From the NCBI GenBank assembly GCA_012295275.1, contig CM022677.1, positions 3,286,001 through 3,350,000 of the forward strand: a DNA stretch of 64,000 nucleotides. Reading direction: 5' to 3'. Positions 1 through 12,200 of the stretch are shown here, in pieces. The translations under genes were made by a program, and so were the position numbers. The notes beneath the pieces are model-generated. The model did no database searches. It saw only the letters and a program-made list of their open reading frames with translations, and had not been told where the DNA came from. Origin of the DNA: Chrysomallon squamiferum (Eukaryota > Animalia > Mollusca). Numbering within the stretch: the first letter of the stretch is position 1; each line of letters begins with the position of its first letter.

Positions 1-1013
1 ATAATAATAAATAAACAAAGAAAAAACGAAAAAAAGAAAAGAAATATAAATAAAGAAATAAAGAAATAAATATTAAGAAAAAAAAAATTAAAAAAAATAT
101 ATATATCTATGACGAGAGAAAAGGAAAAAAGACATCGGGTTTCATCCGTCCACTGTCACCGCCTTCATTTCCTTACACGGCTTATCTCCCTCTAATAATT
201 CTCGTTTCGTGTAGTCGTCGAAATTACCAGAGAAAAATAATCTCTAAATTCGATGCAAAGTTGTGTGCTTGATTCCAAAAATCATTCTATATGGATTTAG
301 TTTGAACTTGGTGCTGCCAAAAAGTTGTTGTGTTTTTTTTGTTGTTTTTTTCAATACGTTTAATAAATGAGTAAATGAGTTAGTTTTGCTGCAGTGAACA
401 AAAAAAGGCATGCAAGACTGAGTCCACGGCACTGACGCACACTAGGCACACTGTCTGTGGAGTGGGCTCGATCTTCCATTCGTAAAGATGTTTTCTGACT
501 AACTGCAACAACAACAACAACGTGTCTGATCATTTTATAAATTAAATCGAAATCGTCGTTATTTTCAATTAAGACAGAATTTAATGTCTGCCACACATTT
601 TTACAAATTTATGGTTTCAGTGAAAACAATTTCCCCAACTATTTATTTTTTTAATTTTAATTTTTTTATTTATTTATTTATTTTTTTCGTTATATTCATT
701 CGAAACAATAAACACTAAATACAAATGACAACAACAATACAAACATGCACGAATATATATTATATCATAAAACAAGCAGAAACAGCTTACTGAACATAAA
801 ATAATGTTTACTATTCAAAGAGAACGTGGTCAATTGTAAATGGGTAGGTTATTCGTGAATAAATGAGGCAACTGGCGAATTGTCCTGAAAATTAAAAATT
901 AAAACAAAAGAAAGAAAGAAAAAAAAACAAGAACAAAAAAAAGACGAACCGACGTCTATTTATCTTCGTTCTTCTTATTGCGTGCGCTGAATAACGACAA
1001 CGATAACGATGGC

Positions 1014-1066
<53 letters not shown>

Positions 1067-1329
1067 TGATGATGATGATGATAATAAAATCGAAATGAAA
1101 ATACATTAATTATCGCGCCGTCGTGATCTCGCAATTCAATTTTACTTTGGAAGATACCTTTTTCGAACCGGCACGCGCACTCACGCACACGCACACACAC
1201 AGGCGCGTTCTGAAATAACAAACATACGTACACACACAATCAGACATACACAACACGGTCACTCCAAAACCTGCGCCCACGCACAACTCGCTACCGATGT
1301 CAATTGGCTCTTGCTGTTGCTGTTAAAAT

Positions 1330-1369
<40 letters not shown>

Positions 1370-1444
1370 AACGAAGAAAGTAAGAAAGAAAGTAAGAAAG
1401 TAAGAAAGTAAGAAAGAAAGTGAGAAAGAAAGAAACAAACTAAC

Positions 1445-1463
1445 AAAAGAAAAGAAAAGAAAA
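1445..1463 (-). terminator. Pol III T-tract terminator of 5S gene
   Basis: The first T4 run on the minus strand (1463-1460) lies ~11 nt past the 5S 3' end and is followed by more TTTTC units. Confidence 0.55.
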
Positions 1464-1473
1464 GAAAGAGGCG

Positions 1474-1592
1474 CGTCTACGGCACTCGGTGTTCCCAGGC
1501 GGTCACCCATCCAAGTACTGTCCGAGCCCTGCGTTGCTTAACTTCGGTGATCGGTCGAGAACCGGTGTTTTCAACGTGGTGTGGCCGTAGAC
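1474..1592 (-). rRNA. 5S ribosomal RNA gene
   Basis: The reverse complement reads GTCTACGGCCACACCACGTTGAAAACACCGGTTCTCGACCGATCACCGAAGTTAAGCAACGCAGGGCTCGGACAGTACTTGGATGGGTGACCGCCTGGGAACACCGAGTGCCGTAGAC(G). It is 119 nt with a perfect helix I (GTCTACGGC/GCCGTAGAC), box A (AGTTAAGC) and box C (TGGATGGG). Confidence 0.97.
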
Positions 1593-1615
1593 GATCGCTT
1601 TAACGAACCGAGGTC

Positions 1616-1621
1616 TATTTA
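1616..1621 (-). promoter_or_regulatory. TATA-like element upstream of 5S gene
   Basis: TAAATA on the minus strand at -24 to -29 from the 5S 5' end, the usual position of upstream TATA-like boxes in invertebrate 5S genes. Confidence 0.6.
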
Positions 1622-1668
1622 TCTTTGTTGTTCTTATTGCGTGCGCTAAATAACGATGACGATGGCAA

Positions 1669-1703
<35 letters not shown>

Positions 1704-1749
1704 ATAATAATAATAATAATAATAACAATTATAATAACTAGTAGTAGTC

Positions 1750-1780
<31 letters not shown>

Positions 1781-1856
1781 CGGTAATGATAATAATACAA
1801 AGGTTTCGTACTTATCCTGTGTTCACGAGTCATTTTGCACGAAATTAGCCTTATTG

Positions 1857-1888
<32 letters not shown>

Positions 1889-2755
1889 GCTGCTGCTGCT
1901 GCTGTTGTTGTTGTTGTTGTGAACAGCATTTCGTCTTTCGTGGTGATGGACTTTAAAGTGTCACTGTCAATAATTTTTTTATTTTTTTTTATTCTTAATT
2001 TTTGTGCACTCTTTAAGGCGAAATTGACATCGGTAGCGAGTACCGAGACCCAGTTTTCTAACGTTCATCTCACCGTTGCCATGGGAACCGATCTCAGCTC
2101 AGCTCCGTTCGGCTACACTCGGGTAGGGTCGGGTCGGGTCAGGTCGGGTCGGGTCGACTGCACTCCACTCGGCGGACGAGAGAAAAAGAAAAAAGCCGTC
2201 GGGCTTCATCCGTCCACTGCCTATTATTATTACTGTTGTTGTTGTTGTTGCTGCTGCTGTTGCTGTTGTTTTTATTATCATTATCATCATCATTATTATT
2301 ATTATTGTTATTATTATTATTATTCTCATCCTTATTATTATTATTAATAGTTTTTGTTTGTTTGTTTGTTTGTTTGTTTGTTTATTTATTTATATATTTA
2401 CATAATTATTTTCTAAATGACTAAAAAAAAAAAAAAAATAAAAATAAAAAGGAAACATTGAAATTGAAATGCCTTAATAATCGCGCCATCGTGATGTGCC
2501 AATTCAGTTTCACATTGGAACACACCTTTTTCGAACTGACGCACGCACGCACACACACAATACAATACAATACAATACATACATACATACTTACGAACGC
2601 ACGCACGCACGCACGAACGCAGACACGGTCGCACAAACATAAACACACGGTTCCCATGGTAGCGCTGAAATGAATGTTTGAAAACTAAAAAAAAAAATAA
2701 TAATAAAAATAATGGGTCCCGGTACTCGCTACCGATGACAATTTCACCTTAAAGT

Positions 2756-2756
<1 letters not shown>

Positions 2757-2806
<50 letters not shown>

Positions 2807-2994
2807 AAAAAAAAAAACAAAAAAAAAAAAAAAAAATAAATAAACAAACAAACAAAAAATAAATAAATAAATAAAATAAAATAAAATAAAATAAAATAAA
2901 ATAAAATAAATAAAAAATAAAAGGAAAACATGAGAAAAAGAAATAGTAAAAAAGAAAATAATAAAATAAAATAAAATAAATAAAATTCAACAAA

Positions 2995-3045
<51 letters not shown>

Positions 3046-3132
3046 AATAAACAAATAAATAAATAAATAAATAAATAAATTAATTAATTAAATAAGTAAA
3101 TAAATAAATGAATGTATAATAAAAAAAAAAAA

Positions 3133-3170
<38 letters not shown>

Positions 3171-3224
3171 TAACAATAACAATAACAATAACAATAACAA
3201 CAACAATAACAATAACAATAACAA
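2757..3224. repeat. Compound microsatellite (CA)n, (AAAAT)n, (AAT)n, (AACAAT)n
   Basis: Directly visible simple repeats. Confidence 0.95.
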
Positions 3225-3321
3225 CTCCGGACTGATCAAACCCGAAGGTATTTCCCTTCCTCCCGTACGCCGAGCCGAGTTCGTGCTGAGCGGGGCGAAC
3301 TGGTAAGGAAATAACAACAAT

Positions 3322-4307
3322 AAAGTTCCGTGATCTCAATACAATCCGGAAGTTCCAGCAGACCAGACCTGCTCAGCAAAATACAACAACTACACGAGGA
3401 CATACAACACAACAAGAAAGAACTAACCATGGAGTGGCTCCCAGCACACGTCGGCATCATCGGTAACGAACTTGCCGACCACTACGCCAAAGAGTCACTC
3501 AGCATTAAAGTCGAAGACATCTGCACAGACATACATTACGGAATAAACGAAATTGTCTCCATCGCTGCCAAACATTACGACAAACAATGGCAAAACGAAT
3601 GGAACAACACCAAAAACAAATGGCACTTAAACATCAAACCATTCGCCAAAACACCCAAAATCACACTCACCAACAAACTACACAACAACAATCTCACCAA
3701 AGCCAGAATTGGTTACTCAACCAATCTAAACGCAATTCGATACAAACATAACATCACCACATCACCCAACTGCAGCTGTGGACTCTCGGAAACCATCAAA
3801 CACTACTTGTTTCACTGTCCAAATTTTGCCAAGGAAAGACAAGCACTACGCAATACACTGGAGGAACCAAAAAGCTCCAACACATCCTGGCACCAAACAT
3901 GAAAGACAGACAGTTAGTCCTCGTTGCAGTAACAAATTACATTCTCAACACAAAACACAAACTTTAAACTTTTTTACTTTAAACTGAAAAAGAAACAACA
4001 ACAGCAGCCAAGAGCAGAACAACCAGGACGGCAAACAACACGGACCCGGTGATGGCTGAGAGATTGTGCCGGAGACCACAGGGGGCGAATTGCGGCTGCG
4101 AAACATCGGTACAGACTCGTCACGATCCGATATGCTGGACACTCCCTTGTGTCCTGCAATCGTGGCGAGAGCCAATTCTTTTCCGTACCCAAAACTCTTT
4201 TGTGCGACGGACACGCCCGCTGACCTGTCAGAAAGCGTGCCCGTCGCAGATGTGCTTCACAACAGCTTGCTCTGATTAGCACGTTAATTTTTCCATTCCA
4301 TTCCATT
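3322..4307 (+). mobile_element. 5'-truncated I-group LINE, family 1 (RNase H + C-terminal Cys/His motif + 3' UTR + (CCATT)3 tail)
   Basis: The ORF contains EWLPAHVGIIGNELADHYAK (LINE RNase H) and C-x-C-x7-H-x4-C (CSCGLSETIKHYLFHC). The sense strand is A/C-rich. It ends in TTCCATTCCATTCCATT, abutting host sequence GAACGAGATCTC. Confidence 0.9.
3330..3902 (+). pseudogene. LINE ORF2 C-terminal fragment (RNase H)
   Basis: 190-aa ORF with no ATG start and an upstream in-frame stop. It has the RNase H motif W-x-P-A-H-x-G-x-x-G-N-E-x-A-D. Confidence 0.88.
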
Positions 4308-6447
4308 GAACGAGATCTCTTTGATCAGTGCTCTTCTTCAGAGTCTTTGTCTGCAGAAGACAAAGGAAAACGAAGACAATGGTAATTATGTTTTAATGTT
4401 TTGTATATGTAACATACATCTTGAATGATTGACGATACCTAAATCTATTACAGTTGAATTTTTCATAGTGTTATTCTGTGGTACTTACGTTTATAAAAAC
4501 AAAGATAATGTATTTTAATAATTAAAAGATTATTTAGAAAGATCAAGTAACCAACTGGGCTGAATTAGTTTTGTATTATTTGTCAACGCTATTTGCTTTG
4601 ATAACGTATCGTCGAATTGTACGATTTAACTATGTAACTGTATATTACCCTTGAGAGTTAATTTGTGTAAACAGCATATACATATATATATATATTATAT
4701 AAAACAATTATCCATATTGAATTCGTGTTTGTGTTATTGTTCTCTTGTGGATACAGAATAGTCATTTAATAGTTAAGCTGTCTGAGATAATTAACACCTT
4801 GTCACGTGATGCTATTATAGTCTGCTGTCCTTTCAGGTACTAATACCACTCAGACTAGTCACCATGACATATGCACTACCTAAAATCCTTTAAGTTAGCA
4901 TCTCAGAAAACTTATCACCCAACTCCTTGTAATGTCAAAATTAACTGAGAGTTTCTGTCAATATTATAAAGAGGATGGACTGTAATTAAGATTAAAAAAG
5001 AACAAATCACAACATAATAAACGTTTGTAATATTATGTAAAATGTTTCAATTTGACGAAAGTTGTCGGAAAGTTTAAGGAGTTGTCTATTCTTGTTTTGA
5101 TAGGGTGTAATGTGCAATTAACCTGTGTCAATAACATTTTAATATATAATAAAAATTTAAGGTTTTAGTCTGTCCTCCGTGCAGATTCTTATTTTGTCTT
5201 GGTTCCCTTTATAACCTTACTCGTATCATTAATCAAAATGATTTAAACGTATGTTTTATAATGTATTATTATCAAGTCACCTGTATATCATAATTAAATA
5301 ATGAATGTAAACGTTAACTTGTATAGTGGATAGCTTGACTTACTGATTTATATAGTTTGCTCTCCATTTAGCGTTTATATTCCTTGTTAGGTGGCCATTA
5401 ACGCACCTTGTTACTGTACACTGAGCCTTAATAAAACATCCAATGTGTTTAAAGGTGTGAGCTCCGTGACAGTCGTCTCTTTATAACACTCCACAGTGAA
5501 CCATCATAACACATTTCTGAACAGCAGTATTTAAACATACTCTAATTAATACGCATTGTAAAATTACCCAATTTATACCATCAGCCAGTTTCATTCATCT
5601 GCAGTCATAAAGCAAACCAGTTTTCATTTTGTGTCGTATTTCATCAGTAAAGATTGTATTTTCTATGCAGCTATATTAAAACAAAAACTAAAATAAAAAT
5701 ATCTTTCACTGCTATTCAGCTTGGTACGGTGTGACAACCTCATTAGTGCCTCTTTGGCAGACTTGTTTTTAACTATAAATTTGTTTTCTTTGTAGTGAAT
5801 TATAGAATATTCACTAAATCTTTATTTTTATATGCCCCTTAAAGCAGAATGTCTGCTACATTTTATCTTAAATATCTTATTATATTACGATAATATTTAT
5901 TTAGTTATCTTGTTTAATCATGTTTATAATTTATATTTTTACAGTCGTTAACTGTTTACCTAATTAATGACAGAAAATAGGGTTAAATACACAAAAACTA
6001 AATAGCAGAGCGTATGCAGATGTACACGGGCTATTAAGAAGCTGTTTTATATAATTAGGGGAAGTTCCTTTATTTAATAAAGTAAGAAACACTGGGGTTT
6101 AAGTAACTCAAGATTGATATTAAAAGCTTCAAAGTAAATTCAGAAAGGCTATCTGCAGAGCTGTAGCTATTGGTGTATAAGTAGCGGCACGCGTTTTGAA
6201 CGAGGTCTCTTAGATCAGTGCCCTTCGCTCAGATTCGCTGCTTTTTTTCGTCAGATTCGCTCCAGATTCGCTCGAAAGTTTCCGTTTTTCGATACAAGGA
6301 ATTATTGTTCAACTTTCTCACTTGGGATTGCCTTTCATTTATTCTTGCAAATTCGTTCCATTTGTGTGCACTTGATACGAATACTTGGGAAAAGCGCTTT
6401 TAGGATTACGTTATACACGATCGCCAAACAGCAAAAGTAATTGAGAT

Positions 6448-6546
6448 CTGACCAATCAACGACGAGCTAGCGTCAGCCAATAGAAATCCAGTCTCAAACA
6501 ACAACCGGTCGACCAATCAAATTCGAGATATCTCCAACCAATCAGA
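6448..6546 (+). promoter_or_regulatory. CCAAT-box cluster in LINE 5' UTR (putative internal promoter)
   Basis: Four CCAAT boxes (GACCAATCA, AGCCAATAG, GACCAATCA, AACCAATCA) spaced ~25-35 bp apart. Three are retained in copy B (~27427-27521). Confidence 0.55.
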
Positions 6547-7078
6547 ATCCACAGTCCCAACAGCAACCCGACGACGGAAGGAACAAGCGTTACTGCCAAC
6601 TGCCGGGGATTATTTGTTTATTTGTTAAATTTCCCAAATTAGGATTCCACTTCAATTTCGAACTTAGAACATTCGACATCAAATTTGGTAAGAAAGGGAA
6701 TCCTATCCTCCCAGCACGTCATAATCACTTTCCCAGCACGAAACTTTAAAACTCCTCTTATCTCTCCATTTATCAACCTCAAACCCTCTCCCCCAGTGCT
6801 AATTTTGTCAAATATTTTAAATTTGTGTATTCTAACTGTATTAATTTCATATATATAAATATAAATATATAATTTTTCGGATTATTATTATCAAAATTAA
6901 ATTTAAATAGATAACTTTGTTTATTGCTCTTTTTCTGTAGTGTCATTACTGTTGAAATTTTAATTATATTGAATATTTAATTTCTTTAATTATATTAAAT
7001 ATTTAATTTATTTAAAAAAAAAAAAAAAAAAATAATAATAAAAATAATAATAATTAATCAATTGTATACTAAATAAAA

Positions 7079-9192
7079 ATGGCCGATACAAACAAATCTG
7101 CACAGGTATCACCGAAAATGACAACCAGAACGAGGTTTCCCCCAAAAAACTCTGCTGAACGGAGGGGGAACTACCACACGTGGAATCTCTTGGCTCCCCG
7201 GACGACAGCGACAACGGAAATGTATCTGACAACTCTGCGGGGGACACCATACACGTGGGACTGGTAGAGACGACACCTGACCGCTCCCCCCGCCCCAACC
7301 TGTCCAATCCCCCAGACTGTAACCAAATCTTCAACTGGCCCACAAATGTCCCAACCGGAATGACCACCATTCCGGAGTCCCCACAACAACAAAAAAACAA
7401 AAAAACAATTAAAACAGGAAAACCCACCCAACTGTCCAATCCCCCCTAGAACAGGTTCCAGTCAGCACATCAAACAGATTTTCAGCCCTGGACATGCTGA
7501 GCATTGCTGTTCCCCAACAGGGCTCCCACAAATCCCTCAAACTGTCCGCCAGTCCCCCTAGACCCGCTAAGTCCCCAATCCCCGGGCTGAGGCGGGTTTT
7601 GTTTAACAAAAAAAAACCCGACTCTGTACGAAGCCATCTTCTTCCAACAGTCCGTCTCGCGACTGTTGGACGACACATTATTCCACACCCGGCTGTCTGA
7701 TGAGATCAGCTTCATCAGGGCCGAGTCGGACAGCTCACTCATCAAACTGGGTACGAGCATGGAACTGATGCCCAACCCCACAGAGTGTCAAAAGGTGTGT
7801 GTCACACTAGAGAGGTGTACAAAGGAACCTCATGAAAGGAGAGGACCCACACCCGCAAAACCCACAAATCCCGATACCCCCATCGGACAGGCTTACTCGC
7901 AGGACAAAACAAGCAGCCAAGTCATCCATAGACAAATGGACAAGACGGTGGTTTACGGCACCTGGGGGGAATGCACTTTCACTGCAGAACCCCTAAAACA
8001 GACAAACATCAAAAAAAAAAAAAAAAAAAAAGAAACAGAAACTAGTCACGGAAACAACAAAACAGACACCAAACAGAAACGATTTCTTAGCAACACCAAC
8101 CAAAACAAATCCGACCACACAGAGACAAAAATACAAGCACCGACATGACAACCCCACGAAACAAACTCCCCAACACTCCCCCAAAGTAGTAATCAACACA
8201 GAGGAGTTTCCGCTCCTCACCCTAACGCCGGAAAGACCCTGGCCAAGAGATTTCCTATACACAAACGTACCACCAACTGGATGGGCAAACTCCACACCTC
8301 AACAACAAAAAAACACCCCACAAAAAAACACCCACTACACAACACAAAGGGTACACGCAACAGCAACAACAACCACCACAACAACAGACCACTCCTTAAG
8401 AAAACTGATAAAAATAAAATCGGGCAAAGAAACCACAAAACAAATACTAGAAACGCTAAAGAAAGAAAACCCAGACGTGATGATTCAGAACATCACGATC
8501 TGGAACAACGGCTACTGGGATGTGCTTCTGTCTGCCACAACAGAAGCAGAGCACATCCTATTCCACCAGAAACAATTCAAACTGCTGGCCTTTGAGGCAC
8601 ACCCCATAAAATGCGCCCAGTGCCAGAGATGGGGACATAATATAAAAAAATGCAGGTCGTTGAGGGGACACCCAACTTGTTTCAGGTGTGGGGGCAAACA
8701 CCCCAAGAAAACGCCAGACAACCCGTGCCGTCAACCCATCCAGTGCGCAAACTGCAACGGCCGACACCACACACACAGCCACCTACGTGCGGCCTACAAA
8801 AACGCACTCAAACACCTGGAGGCCAAACCACACACACACAGCACTAGAACCCCTCACTCGTCAACCACCACCCACCCGCACATACAAGCCCCCAGGACAA
8901 ACAAGAAACAAACAGAAATGGACGGAATAATTAAGAAAGACAGCCCAGTGACAACCCTCCAACTACTTAGGGTTATCACGGGCCTATTCCTAGACGGATC
9001 TCTACGGTCCCCCAACCCAAACTCCAATCCAATAATAGATCGGAAGCAGACATAGAGAAAGCCACTGTGTCAGCATGTCAGACCCTCCAGAAACACCTGA
9101 GACTTCCACTGGAGCTTGACACTTTGCTCAAAAAATCAATGAATTACTACCAATACAACATCAACACCGACAACACCAAACAAGTGAAATAA
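7079..9192 (+). pseudogene. LINE ORF1 (gag-like nucleic acid-binding protein), frameshifted
   Basis: It starts at ATGGCC (MADTNKS, shared with copy B) and is split over several frames. The knuckles are CAQCQRWGHNIKKC, CFRCGGKH..C and CANCNGRH. The stop CAAGTGAAATAA lies just before ORF2. Confidence 0.85.
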
Positions 9193-9246
9193 ACACATCC
9201 AAAATACACGCAATCTCCAAGGCTACCAAACTCCTACACATCACAC

Positions 9247-12200
9247 ATGGGAGACAAACAAAACATTAAACATAAACAAGCTAAAGGCCTAAACATCCTA
9301 CAGTGGAATGCCAAAGGCCTCAAATCAAGAGGTCATGGCGACGAACTCAAACACTACATAATTAACTCTAATATACAGATAGACATAATCTGCATACAAG
9401 AAACCTGGATCACCAACACACAAACACGGAAGAACCAACTCTTCCAAAACTTTAACATTCCAGGATTCTTTGGCTTCTTTCACAACACTAACTGCACCAC
9501 GAGAGGAGGAGTAGCAACTTATGTCAGAAATGAACTATCCTACTCACGTATCCCACTAACCAATCACCACCCCAACATAGAGACACTTGGGATAACAATC
9601 CATGGCCAGGCTGAAGACATTAACGTTTTCAACTACTACACTCACCCAGGCAAAAATCACTACAACATAACACTAGAACACTACACTAAAAGCATTCCCT
9701 CTAAATATATCGACAACTCCATCATACTAGGGGACTTCAACAGCAGAAACCACCTATGGGGATCCTCTAGTACATGCAAACAGGGAACCATCATCGAAAA
9801 ATTTACGGATCTTAACAAACACATATGTCTGAACGATGGCACGCCAACCTTCCTATCAGACGTATACAACACCTGGTCATGCCTTGATATCTCAACAGTG
9901 TCTGAAAAAATAGCCTCTAAATGTGAATGGACAGTCCTTAACAATCTCAATAGCGATCACCTACCAATACTAATCTCATACAACACTGAAAATAACTGGA
10001 AAGAGGTACCAATAAACAAACACAAATGGAACTTCACGAAAGCCAACTGGACTGAATTTAAAAAGCAATGTCTGGAAACAGATCCCAAACTCATTCGAAG
10101 CAATAATATTGACACTTTTAACCAAAATTTAACTGACAGAATAATTAGCATTGCTTATAAAACTATTCCAATTTCTAATTGTAAATACAAAAATAATTCA
10201 GTCCCTTGGTGGAGTGAAGAACTAAAACTCCTTACAAAGGCACACAACAAACATCGCAAAACATACCAAAAAAAAAATAACTCAGCAACCAACCTCGCAA
10301 ACCTCAAAATGAGTAAAAACAAAGTCTCACAAGCCTGCTAAATGCAAGAAAAAAAAAAGAATCGTGGAAAACCTTCTGCACCTCTATCAACAAAAACACG
10401 TCTAGTAAGGAAATTTGGGCCAGAATTAAACGCATACAAGGGAAACCAATTAGCAAGAACACACTACTAGTCCGCAACAAAAACTTCCATACAAACAAAG
10501 AGAAGGCCGCTGCTCTGGGAGATGTCTTTAAAAACAACTCGAGTACAAACAACTTTCCCCCCAAATTTCGAAAAATTAAAAATAAACTAGAAACAGTCAA
10601 CAAAATCCCACCTGACTCAAAAACCTCAGAAACGAAATACAATATTCCCTTCACACTCCAAGAAATGACAGCGGCTTTCTCCGACCGTAAAGGAACAGCC
10701 CCCGGGCCAGACACATTCTCCTACCTATTCTTTCAAAACATGCCCACAGACATGCTAAATCTATTTCTGGAACTCTATAACACTATCTGGAAGGAAGGAT
10801 ACCTTCCCCTCAAATGGAAGCAAGCTGAAGTCTTCAGCCTTCCAAAACAGGGAAAGGACCTTTCCAACCCCTCCAACTATCGTCCTATCTCACTAACGTC
10901 CTGTGTCTGCAAAACCATGGAGGCTATGGTCAACACACGCTTAAAACACCTTCTGGAAAAAAAACCCAACTAATTTCGACCTTTCAAAGTGGCTTCAGAA
11001 AGAACCACTCCACAAGCGACCACATAACCAGATTACAGTCTGAAATATCCGAATCTTTGTTTACTGGACAAAAAGTGGCAGGAGTGTTTGTTGACATAGA
11101 AAAAGCCTATGATATGGTCTGGAGACATGGTCTTCTAATCAAAGTCTACAACATGGGCATAAGAGGCCCTATGTTCGGCTTTATAGAAGCATTCTTGATA
11201 AACAGATCCTTTACGGTGAATGTAGACGAAAACTTCTCAGACAGCTTGGATTTGGAGAATGGGATCCCCCAGGGTTCAGTTATCGCCCCTACTCTTTTTA
11301 GCATTTTTATTAATGACCTAGCACATACTCTAGCTACTAACTCGAAAACTGCAACTAAGCTTAGTACAAGACTATTTGCGGATGACACAGCCTTTTGGCG
11401 TGCTGGAAACTGTTTTAAACAAATCAAAACAGAAATGCAAAAAGACTTAAATAACTAACAAAAATGGGCGGAAACCTGGGGAGTCACTATCTCCCAATAC
11501 AAGACTGTCACCAGAACCTTTGGGAGAAACGCTAATAAGAAACACAATAAAATAGACCTACATTACAACAACACAAAAATCCCACAAGTAAACGCAGTCA
11601 AATTCCTGGGAGTCACCTTCGACAGGTGCCTTACCTTCAAACAGCACATCACCAACACACTCAACACATGCACAAAATACATGAATTTACTGAACGTGCT
11701 TTCGAACGCCAAATGGGGAGCTGACAGAAAATCTCTCTTGATGGTGTTCGAAGCACTAGTAGTGTCAAGACTCCAGTATGGGTCCCAGGCGTTCAGCGGT
11801 GTGTCTGAATACCAACTAAACCGACTAGACACGGTATACAACAAGGCACTAAGAATTGTTGCCAGGGTTTTCCCAGACACACCGACGGACAGTCTGTTTG
11901 TGGAACTGAACATGCTACCGCTGCGAATCCGACGCAGCACACAGTGTCTCAAACACTGGTTCAAAATCAAAAATCTAATCCCCACCCATCCTATAAACAC
12001 AATAATTCCAAACAACCTACCCTACATCAACGACAGAGAAGCATCACTTAACATCACACACAGGACAGCAAACAGACTAAACCTACTGGACCTAGAACTT
12101 GAAAACAACCCTTCACCCTTAGAACCCATGGATAATAAAACAACTAGTCATACCTCTAACGCTTAGACCGGAAGTATCGAAGTCGGAGCAAGACCCTTTT

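Larger units (their letters stand above)
111..2760. repeat. Rearranged 5S spacer-like modules interspersed with microsatellites
   Basis: Diverged duplicated blocks occur at 111-156/2176-2220, 944-1015/1603-1668 and ~1090-1260/~2455-2660. The motif ACTCGCTACCGATGWCAATT is at 1286 and 2724, and inverted at ~2022. They are separated by (AAT)n, (GAAA)n, (CTA)n, (GTT)n and (CA)n tracts. Confidence 0.75.

Noticed and set aside
892-3339. Many poly-Leu/Tyr/Asn/Ile ORFs
   Set aside because: They are translations of tri- and tetranucleotide microsatellites with no coding signal. The same applies to 15787-16552, 47629-47853, 50374-50586 and 54693-55201.
4050-4140. Possible hammerhead ribozyme in LINE 3' UTR (CTGAGAG ... 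GAAAC)
   Set aside because: The core does not match CUGANGA, and stems II/III and the cleavage triplet cannot be formed convincingly.
6096-6116. GGTTTAAGTAACTCAAGATTG resembles nematode SL1 spliced leader near a 5S gene
   Set aside because: It has several mismatches, is not conserved across paralogous copies (21149 differs), and shows no clear SL RNA donor plus Sm-site architecture.
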